DNA from: Nannocystis bainbridge
GTDB taxonomy: Bacteria; Myxococcota_A; Polyangia; Nannocystales; Nannocystaceae
Reading direction: 5' to 3'
Assembly (NCBI RefSeq): GCF_028368995.1
Contig: NZ_JAQNDL010000002.1
Span: forward strand, 545,724 to 609,723
Length of the DNA stretch: 64,000 nt
Part shown: positions 27,903-36,100 of the stretch, piece by piece
How positions within the stretch are numbered: position 1 is the stretch's first letter
Layout of the letters: each line of letters starts with the position of its first letter
Position numbers and translations under genes: made by a program
Notes under the pieces: model-generated
Told to the model about the DNA's origin: nothing
Databases searched by the model: none
What the model saw: only the letters and a program-made list of their open reading frames with translations

Positions 27903-28060
27903 GCTGTCGGACATGTCTTCGGGGACATGTTCGGAGGGGCCGGTGGGTGTGGTGGTCGTTTCGGACATGTCTTCGGGGACATGTACGGAAGGACCGGTCG
28001 GTGCGGCGGACTTGGCGGACATGTCTGGGGAGACATGTGCGGAGGGACCGGTGGGCTGCC
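27903..28060 (+). repeat. ~54-bp tandem repeat x3, each unit carrying a double hairpin GGACATGTCTTCGGGGACATGTWCGG
   Basis: tcggacatgtcttcggggacatgttcgg... / tcggacatgtcttcggggacatgtacgg... / ggacatgtctggggagacatgtgcgg. It lies between the divergent PAP2 gene (-) and the gene starting near 28370 (+). Confidence 0.85.
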
Positions 28061-28369
28061 AGGCGCCGAGTGACTCGCGAGTCGGGGCCAGCGCGGTCCG
28101 GGCGGGGACGAGCGGGTGGGCGGCGGCCGGCGAGGCGGTCAAGACCACGAGCAGGGCGGAGAGCAGGCGGCGCGGCATCGCGGGTCGGCCGAGTATGCCC
28201 GGTCGCGGCGGGACCGGGCAGCCGCGAGATGGTCTTCGGGACAGGTGAACCCATGCGGTCCGCGGCGAGGAGTGGCGGCTCGGGGGATTCGCGGGCGAAG
28301 CACGATGTTTGCGTCGATCGCGCGCGGCTGGCGGCGGGCGCACGCGTCGCGGTAGATTGCGTCTCTGGC

Positions 28370-29689
28370 ATGCAGACCGAGACGTACGCGGAGCTCGAGG
28401 CACGGTTGACGACGGCGGTTGCGAGCGCGGCGGGCGGGGACGCGGCGGCGGCGGAGCGGCTGGCGGACGAGCTGGAGGCGCTGGCGAAGGCGCCTCCGTG
28501 CCGCGAGGGCTGGCCGCGGCCGGGCAGCGTGGCGTACATGACGTTCGACGCGTTCCTCAAGGTCGAGGGAGCAGGCCGGGCGCCGCTGGAGCGGCTCGCG
28601 GGGCCGTTTTTGCGGGCGATCGCGGCCCACCCGGAGACGCTGGGGGTGCCGCATCGGTTCGCGCCGGCGACGATGCTCGGGCCGTCGGCGATCCCGCTGC
28701 TGCTGGCGCTGCTGGACCGCGGGCTGCGATCGACGTCGCGGGCGACGATCGAGGCGCTCGGCGAGTACAACCCGGGTAACGAGGTGGGGTTCAAGCTGGC
28801 GAGCGAAGCGGTGGCACGATTGCTGGCGTACACCGACGGTGAGGCGGTCGCGGCGGGGTTGCTGGGGCTCGAATGGAACGACGAGCGCATGTGGCTGCTG
28901 TTCCGGGTGCTGACGGAGGCGAACGCGCTGCGGCCGGGCGAGGTCGAGCCGGGGGCCGCGGCGGCGCTGCGGGGGCTGGTGGCAGGGACGGCGACGATCT
29001 CGGGCTCGGGGGCGGACCGGCTGCGGGCGCTGCTGCTGCGGGCGAAGATCATCCCGAAGTCGATGGCGCCGGCGATCCGTCTGGCGACGCTGCCGAAGCA
29101 GCTGCCGCAGACGGTGGCGGAGGCGCTGGCGCTGATGGGCACGTGGGGGCTGTCGGCGGCCGACGTGGAGGCGAAGGGTCCGGCGAGGCCGCGCGAGATC
29201 GAGGCGCTGGCGAAGCAGGTGAAGCCGCGGCTGCCGAAGGCGCTGACGCAATTGCTGGGCACGCACGCGAAGCTCGGCAACCGCGACCTCGGGCCGCCGG
29301 CGCGCATGCGGGCGCTGATCGGGGAATTGGCGGAGATGCTCGAGGAGCACGAGGAAGACGCGGACGAGGCCGAAATGGGCCGCGGGCAATACGACGTGCG
29401 TGGCTTCGATCCGGGGAAGAAGGCGATCCCGCTCGGTACCGATCCGTCCGGCGACCTGTTCTTCCTGGCGACGGGGGCGAAGTCGGCGGCCGGGACGGCG
29501 CCGGTGATCCGCTTTCGCCACGACCAGACGCTGGTGGGGACGATCGCGGCCGACTCGCTCGGCGAGTACGTGGCGCTGATCCTCGCCCGCGCGTACGCCC
29601 GCCGCGAGGGCCTGGAGTCGCAGCTGGACAGGCTCGAGGGGCGCAAGCGGACGATCGTGTCAGGGTACAAGCCGCCGAAGCGGGCGTGA
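28370..29689 (+). CDS. hypothetical protein (possible SMI1/KNR4-like C-terminal region)
   Basis: Natural composition from MQTETYAELEARL onward. The upstream part of ORF 27815.. is translated repeat DNA (TCLRGHV...). Alternative starts lie at 28229 and 28253. C-terminus reads GFDPGKKAIPLGTDPSGDLFFLATG. Confidence 0.55.
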   Translation: MQTETYAELEARLTTAVASAAGGDAAAAERLADELEALAKAPPCREGWPRPGSVAYMTFDAFLKVEGAGRAPLERLAGPFLRAIAAHPETLGVPHRFAPATMLGPSAIPLLLALLDRGLRSTSRATIEALGEYNPGNEVGFKLASEAVARLLAYTDGEAVAAGLLGLEWNDERMWLLFRVLTEANALRPGEVEPGAAAALRGLVAGTATISGSGADRLRALLLRAKIIPKSMAPAIRLATLPKQLPQTVAEALALMGTWGLSAADVEAKGPARPREIEALAKQVKPRLPKALTQLLGTHAKLGNRDLGPPARMRALIGELAEMLEEHEEDADEAEMGRGQYDVRGFDPGKKAIPLGTDPSGDLFFLATGAKSAAGTAPVIRFRHDQTLVGTIAADSLGEYVALILARAYARREGLESQLDRLEGRKRTIVSGYKPPKRA

Positions 29690-29774
29690 GCGGCCGGGTC
29701 GCACGCGAGGCGGAGGTCGGCCCACGGAGGCGACGGAGGGGGCGCGGGCGGCCGTGGGGGGTCGTGGCCGCTCG

Positions 29775-29833
29775 CTGCACAAACATGGCGATGTGTGCAA
29801 TGGCGGCTTGCACAAATGTGCCGCGGTGTGCAA
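29775..29833 (+). promoter_or_regulatory. two operator-like inverted repeats (TGCACA-N12-TGTGCA and TTGCACA-N12-TGTGCAA) directly upstream of the TetR gene
   Basis: ctgcacaaacatggcgatgtgtgcaatggcggcttgcacaaatgtgccgcggtgtgcaacc. Confidence 0.6.
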
Positions 29834-29837
29834 CCGT

Positions 29838-30779
29838 GTGACGGTGGACGGGGCGCGGGGCAACGGCGAGACGCGGGAGGCGATCCTCGACGCGACCGAT
29901 CGGCTGCTGACGAGCCGGGGCTTCCGCGAGGTGACGATGGACGACATCGCGGCCGAGGCGGGGGTCAGCCGGCGCACGATCTACATGTACTTCCCGAGCA
30001 AGATCGAGGTCGGGCTGTCGTCGATCGACCGGGTGGTGGCGCAGACGTTCGCGCGGCTGACGGCGCTGGCGAGCAGGGGCGGCGACCCGGCCGAGGTGCT
30101 GCGCGCGGTGCTGGTCGAGCGGGTGCTGCGGCGGTTCGACAGCGTGAGCGCGTATCGTCAGAGCCTGGACGAGCTGTTCGAGGCGGTGCGGCCGGCATAC
30201 ATGGCCCGAAGGACAGCCCACATGGCGCGCGAGGTGGCGCTGGTGGCGGAGGTGCTGGCGGCCGGGCGGGCGTGCGGGCGGTTCGAGCTCGACGACGCGG
30301 CGGCGACGGCCTCGTCGCTGGTAAAGGCGACGAACGCGTTCCTGCCGTACAGCCTGAGCGTGGTCGAGCTCGGGGAGCGAGCGAAGATCGAGGTGGAGGT
30401 CCGGCGCATGGCGGCGCTGCTGCTGCGGAGCGTGATGACGCCGGCGGGGCTGCACGCGGGGGCAGGGACGAAGAGCGCGGCGCAGACGAAGGGCGCGGCG
30501 CAGACGAAGGGCGCGGCGCAGACGAAGGCAGCGGCGACGACAGCGGCGACGACGAAGGCAGCGGCGAAGACTGCGGTGACGACGAAGGCAGCGGCGACGA
30601 CTGCGGCGACGAAGAAGCCTGCGGCGACGACGAAGGCCGCGGCGACGAAGAAGCCTGCGGCGAAGGGGACGACTTCGACGACGGAACCTGCGGCGACGAG
30701 GAAGCTCGCCGCGACGACGAAGACTGCGGCGAAGGTCGCGGCGCGGGTGAAGGGTCGGGGCCGCGAGCGGGCGGGGTGA
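29838..30779 (+). CDS. TetR-family transcriptional regulator with histone-H1-like Ala/Lys/Thr-rich C-terminal tail
   Basis: HTH TREAILDATDRLLTSRGFREVTMDDIAAEAGVSRRTIYMYFPSK. Tail AAQTKGAAQTKGAAQTKAAATTAATTKAAAKTAVTTKAAATTAATKKPAATTKAAATKKPAAKG. GTG start placed after the operators. Confidence 0.75.
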   Translation: MTVDGARGNGETREAILDATDRLLTSRGFREVTMDDIAAEAGVSRRTIYMYFPSKIEVGLSSIDRVVAQTFARLTALASRGGDPAEVLRAVLVERVLRRFDSVSAYRQSLDELFEAVRPAYMARRTAHMAREVALVAEVLAAGRACGRFELDDAAATASSLVKATNAFLPYSLSVVELGERAKIEVEVRRMAALLLRSVMTPAGLHAGAGTKSAAQTKGAAQTKGAAQTKAAATTAATTKAAAKTAVTTKAAATTAATKKPAATTKAAATKKPAAKGTTSTTEPAATRKLAATTKTAAKVAARVKGRGRERAG

Positions 30780-30794
30780 CGAAAGGCGACGGAG

Positions 30795-31922
30795 GTGAAG
30801 ATGCGATTGTCGACGGTGATTCTCGGGTGGTTGTCCGTGTCCACGTTGCTCGGCTGTGCTTCGGCGGCAGCGGCTGCGCCGGCGCCACCGTCACCTGCGG
30901 GGCCGCAGATGGCGGTGCCGGTGACGCCGCCGCCGCGGGGGCCGGATGGGCCGATCACGGCGGCCGAGCGCGACGAGGCGATCGAGGCGATCGCGCGCGA
31001 GCTGACTGCGAAGTACGTGTTCCCGGCCAAGGCGAACGAGGTGGTGAAGTCGATCCGGGCCCGCCACAAGCGCGGCGAGTACGACAAGCTGACGACGGGG
31101 CACGCGCTGGCGACGACGTTGACCGATCACGTGAACGCGGTGCTGCGCGACGCGCACTTCAACATCCGCTTCAGCAAGGAGACGCTGCCGCCGATGCAGG
31201 GCGGGGACACGCTGTCGCCGGAGGAGCAGGCCCGCTTCGAGGTGTTCAGCCGGCGCATGAACGGCGGGTTCGAGAAGGTCGAGCGGCTGCCGGGCAACCT
31301 CGGCTATCTCGAGGTGCGCGGGTTCGGGTTCCCCGGCCGCGGATTCGAGGCGGCGGCGGCGGCGATGGCGTTCCTGCAGGATACGGACGCGCTCATCATC
31401 GACATCCGTCGCAACGGCGGCGGCGACCCGTCGGTGGTGGCGTACCTCTGCAGCTATCTGTTCGCCGATCGGGTGCACCTGAACGACCTGTACTTTCGGC
31501 CAGCCGACGAGACGCACCAGTTCTGGACGTCACCGGTGCCGGGCAAGGCGTACACGGGCCGCGAGGTCTATGTGCTGACGAGCAAGCAGACGGGCTCGGC
31601 GGCGGAGGAGTTCGCGTACAACCTGCAGAACCTGCGGCGCGCGACGATCGTCGGCGAGGTGACGTGGGGCGGGGCGAACCCGGGCGAGATGGTCCGCCTC
31701 GGCGCGCACTTCTCGGCGTTCGTGCCGACGGGGCGGGCGATAAGCCCGATCACGAAGACGAACTGGGAGGGCGTGGGCGTGCAGCCCGATATCGCGACGC
31801 CGCCGGACGATGCGCTGCGCGTGGCGCAGGTCAAGCTGCTGGAGAAGCAGCTGGCGAAGGTGACCGAGCCGGAGCTGAAGGCGGGCCTGGAGGCGCGACT
31901 GCGCGAGCTGCAGCCGCAATGA
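30795..31922 (+). CDS. S41-family peptidase (C-terminal processing protease-like) lipoprotein
   Basis: Signal LLGCASA, the S41 core ALIIDIRRNGGGDP, and YVLTSKQTGSAAEEFAY. Confidence 0.75.
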   Translation: MKMRLSTVILGWLSVSTLLGCASAAAAAPAPPSPAGPQMAVPVTPPPRGPDGPITAAERDEAIEAIARELTAKYVFPAKANEVVKSIRARHKRGEYDKLTTGHALATTLTDHVNAVLRDAHFNIRFSKETLPPMQGGDTLSPEEQARFEVFSRRMNGGFEKVERLPGNLGYLEVRGFGFPGRGFEAAAAAMAFLQDTDALIIDIRRNGGGDPSVVAYLCSYLFADRVHLNDLYFRPADETHQFWTSPVPGKAYTGREVYVLTSKQTGSAAEEFAYNLQNLRRATIVGEVTWGGANPGEMVRLGAHFSAFVPTGRAISPITKTNWEGVGVQPDIATPPDDALRVAQVKLLEKQLAKVTEPELKAGLEARLRELQPQ

Positions 31923-31959
31923 CGCGGACGCCCGCGGATGACGCGGGCCGAGGTCGAGC

Positions 31960-32240
31960 TGTCGGAGTCACTGGCGAACGTGATGGAGCAGGGCCTCGCG
32001 GCGCGAGGATGACGACGCCCGCGGACGGCCCGTTGCGTGGAGTTCACGGCGAACTGGTGGAGAAACCGGCGAGGGCGTCAGAGTCGTGGCTCGAGCCGCG
32101 GCTGCGATGATGACCACGCCGCAGACGACGGGCGTGGGGCCCAGGGCGAGCTCGGGAGAAACCGGCGAGGGCGACGGATTCGCGGCTCGAGCTGCGGCTG
32201 CGATGACGACGACTCCGCAGACGACGGGCGTGGCCCAGGT
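31960..32240 (+). repeat. ~97-bp tandem direct repeat (about 2.5 copies) in the intergenic region upstream of the LysM gene
   Basis: gagaaaccggcgagggcgtcagagtcgtggctcgagccgcggctgcgatgatgaccacgccgcagacgacgggcgtgg is repeated with minor changes. ORF 32037..32297 is its translation artefact. Confidence 0.8.
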
Positions 32241-32487
32241 CGTGCGAGTCGCGCGGTGCGTGAGTCCGCCCGGGGGCCGCGGAAGCGCCGGTCGTAGCGA
32301 GGTCGATGATTGGTATCGGTGGGCCCGAGTTCGGGGTGGGCCGATTCCCGTGAAGCGGGTGTCGTCATTCGAAAGCGCGCCCGAATGCGCGCACCCACGA
32401 TACGGTCCGCGCAATCACGCGCGAGGCGAGCGGAACGCAGCATTGACGGCGCTCGCCAGAGGGGAGTAACCGTGACGGTCGCCTGTC

Positions 32488-33123
32488 ATGCCGAAGCAGC
32501 GCAAGGTCGAGCCGGGAGATTGCCTGTCCAGCATCGCCTATGAGCACGGCTTCTTCAGCGCGACGGTGTGGAACGCGGGCGCCAACGCGGGGCTGCGGAG
32601 CGCGCGGCGGGAGCCCAACTTGCTGGTGCCCGGCGACGTGGTGGTGATCCCCGATCGGCGTGACAAGGGCGTCGGGTGCCCGACCGATCAGCGGACCCTG
32701 TTTCGGCGCCGCGGCGTGCCGGCCCGGCTCAACCTGGGGTTCGTCGAGGACGAGGAGCCGTGCGCGGACACGCCGTACGTGCTGCTGGTCGACGGGGCGC
32801 GCTTCGAGGGGGTGACCGACGGGGAGGGCCGGCTGTCGGTGCCGATCTCGCCGGCGGCCCGGCAGGCGCGGGTGATCCTCGGCGTCGGGCCGGAGGCCGT
32901 CGAGTACACGTTCAACCTCGGCCGGCTGCTGCCGCCCGATCAGGACGACGGCGTGCGCGCGCGGCTCGAGAACTTCGGCCACTCGTGCGGCGGCGAGACC
33001 GGGCCGCTCGGGCCGCAGACGGCGGCGGCGCTGCGCAACTTCCAGGTCGAGCAGGGGCTGGCGCCGAGCGGGATCGTCGACGACGAGACGCGCGCGCGGC
33101 TGTCGGCGCACCATGGCTCTTAG
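32488..33123 (+). CDS. LysM domain plus peptidoglycan-binding (PGBD_1) domain protein
   Basis: LysM: VEPGDCLSSIAYEHGFFSATVWNAGANAGLRSARREPNLLVPGDVVVIP. PGBD: GPLGPQTAAALRNFQVEQGLAPSGIVDDETRARL. It ends 12 bp before the next gene. Confidence 0.8.
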   Translation: MPKQRKVEPGDCLSSIAYEHGFFSATVWNAGANAGLRSARREPNLLVPGDVVVIPDRRDKGVGCPTDQRTLFRRRGVPARLNLGFVEDEEPCADTPYVLLVDGARFEGVTDGEGRLSVPISPAARQARVILGVGPEAVEYTFNLGRLLPPDQDDGVRARLENFGHSCGGETGPLGPQTAAALRNFQVEQGLAPSGIVDDETRARLSAHHGS

Positions 33124-33135
33124 GACAGGTGACAC

Positions 33136-36100
33136 ATGACGCGGTGGGTCGACACGATCGATAAGCGTGAGGTCCCGCGCCAGACCGCTGGCCGGCTGAC
33201 CTGGAGCGACCTCGACGATCTGCGCACGCCCGGACGGGCGCTGTCGGAGGACCTCGTGGCCTACGCGGTCGAGGATTTCTTGGGGGTCAAGCAGGATCGC
33301 GTGACGTGGGTCCGGCCGATCCTTCCGGTGCCGGACGGCGCGCTCGACGTCGACGATCACGCTGCGCCGCGGCTGACCTGTCGCGTGCTTTGCCACGGTC
33401 ACTACAGCTTGCTGGTGCTCGATCGCCACACGGGCGAATTGCTGCACCTCGATACGGCCAACCGGAATCACAACAACGCCCAGGCCGAGGCGCTGGTCGG
33501 CGGTGGGGGGCGGATCACGCACGCGGCGTGGGTGCCGAAGCAGCAGTCGGGGAGCAACAATTGCGGGCCGATGGTGGCGCTGATGCTGGCGGCGATCGCC
33601 GGGACCGACGGCGCGCCCGCCAACGTCCGCCGGGCGATCACGGGCGGGGTCTCCAACGACGCGGCGGAGCGGCTGCGCCGGGCGCTGCTCGATCACTTCA
33701 AGCCGATGTTCGTCGAGGACGACGAGGACGACGACGGCGCGCTCGAGGATGAGGCGCGGGGCGAGGCGCCGCGCGAGAGCTCCGGTGAGCCGCCGCCGGT
33801 GCTGTTGGACGAGGCGCCGGGCGAGATCGTCGACGACGTCGCGGAGGAGGACGAGCCGGGTGAGCCGCCGCCGGTGCTGTTGGACGATGCGCCGGACGAG
33901 ATCGTCGACGACGTCGCGGAGGAGGACGAGCCGGGTGAGCCGGTCGCCGAGGAGATCGACGTGGTGGTCGCGCGCGCGCCGTGGCTGCCGCCGGCGATCG
34001 ACTACGCGGGGTTCGTCGATCTGCGGCCGGTGCCGCCAGTGCCCGAGTCGTCGAACGTGCACGACGTGCCGCGCAGCGAGCACGCGGCGGAGGTCCGCTC
34101 GACGCACGCGCGCTCGCGCCTGCAGCTGGAGGCGCTCTACCTCGAGGACGCGGACGGGCAGCGCTCGCGGGCGTACCGCTACCCCGCCGACGTCGATCAC
34201 GCCGCGCCGGCGGAGGATCAGCGGTTCGCGTTCCGGGTCGACGATCCGGCGCCGCAGTCGATCCGCTGGCGGATCCGTCACGCGAAGCCGCTGCGGCGCG
34301 GGGTGCTCGAGCTGTTCGTGGCCGGTCGCGCCGAGCCGGTGTGGTCGCGCGCGCTGTCGGCGGAGGAGCTCCGAACCTCGCCCGGGGGCGAGCGCAGCGA
34401 CGGCAGCACGGTCGAGGGCGGGCTCGCGTGGACGGGCAGCTTCGCCGGCGGGGCGCCGGCAGACGGCCGGGTCCGCGCCGGCGAATCGCCGTACAAGCTC
34501 AAGCTGACGATCTTCAGCAAGACCGGCGCGGTGGTGGCGAAGCGGCAGGCGTGGACGTACTTCGACGTCCCGTATCAACACAAGTACGCGCTGCTGAGCT
34601 ACGTGCCGAGCACCGAGTTCGGCTGCTTCGGCGTCCGCTTCGATCCGGCGCGGGCGCGGCTCGACGTGTTCATCGACGCGATGTTCGCGTTCCTGCCGGT
34701 GACGCCGGTCGAGGCGGCGTGGGATCCGGGTCGCAAGGCGGAGATCGTCGCCAATTATCCGCGACGGATCCACGCCGACTGGAGCGGGCACTACGATCTG
34801 AGCTGCGACGGGGTCCGGGCCGCGCCGGTCATCGTCTTGAGCGGGCGGCACGTCCAGGACCTGCCCGCGATGGAGGGCACGGACAACCCGCTCAGCGTCG
34901 AACCGGCGCTGGTGCGCCGCATGGACCGGGACTCGCTCCACTTCTTCGCGTGGTTCCGCGACGGGATCGGGCGCTCGGGGCTGATGCTCCACCCGCTCAG
35001 CGCGAGCGTGAATCTGTTCGCGCCCTCGGCCTTCGACGAGGATCAAGCGAGCATGATGCTCAGCAGTCCGACGATCCGCGAGGACCTGCAACGGGCGCAG
35101 CGGAGCGTGCTCGAAGCGCTGCGCGAGGACGCGGGCTTCGCCGCGACCGGGGCTCGCATCGAGGTGCTCGATGAAGGCAGGCCCGACGCGCGGCCGCGGA
35201 TCGTGCTGCCGTTCGCGTCCAGGGTCGAGGAGCTCGATCCGGCGACGCACCGGGTCGCGCTCGACCGCCTGGTGACGGTGCTCAACGCGATCCGCGGCGA
35301 GCTCAACACCGACGTGCCGGTGTTCGTGACCGGCTGCATGAAGCGGAGCGAGCGCAGCAAGCTGCTGCGGCGACAGCACCACGACCGGGAGCGCGCGGCG
35401 CACGTGTCGGCGTACTTGCGCCGCGAGGGCGGGCTGGCGGCGCCAGCGTACCCCGAGGGGGCGACGGCGCGGCAGATGGTCGCGGGGCGCGGCTACGTGG
35501 TGCAGGCGAAGGACGGTCAGATCCGCGAGCAGGGCGGCGTCGAGATCGAGATCGGTTACACCGACGACGCCGAGTACTCGCAGGTGATGGTCGGGCGGAC
35601 GGCCTACTGCGCGCTCGTCCACGAATTCGGGCACATGCTGGGGATCCCCGACGAGTACATGACGTACGAGTTCGACACGTCGACCTGCAGCATCGCTTCG
35701 AGCCAGCCGCGGCTGCGGGAGATGTGCCTCGACAAGGGGATCGCGGCGCCGGAGTTCCCCCGCGAGGGCGCGAACCTGTTCCACGCGGCGTTGATGTCGG
35801 CGGGGGTGCGGTTCTACGAGCGCTACTACCTGACGATCGCCGAGGCGGTGGAGAAGGCGACGACGCTGGCGATGGGGGCGCCGCGGCGGTGGGACATCGG
35901 CGCGAACGAGACGGTGGCCGAGGCGACCGACGAGGCGTTTCACCAGCGGTACGACCATTTCGGGTTGATCGAGGCGCTGCACAGGGCGCGGCGGGCGGTG
36001 CAGCGGCACGAGGTGGCGCCGGTGCGGCTCCTGGCGTCGATCCGGCGGAAGATCCTGCGGACCGTCGCGGGGGCCAGGATCGCGTATCTGCGGGTGGTCA

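Noticed and set aside
27815-28369. N-terminal 185 aa of ORF 27815..29689 (TCLRGHVRRG...)
   Set aside because: It is a translation of the hairpin repeats and GC-rich spacer. The real start is most likely near 28253-28370.
26830-29670. 946-aa minus ORF; also 32365..36420 (-), 36508..38547 (-), 42990..44852 (-), 47151..49376 (-), 55740..57446 (-), 56948..58747 (-), 58959..60488 (-), 62822..64000 (-)
   Set aside because: They are Arg/Pro/Gly-rich alternative-frame or antisense ORFs overlapping well-supported genes. They are typical high-GC artefacts.
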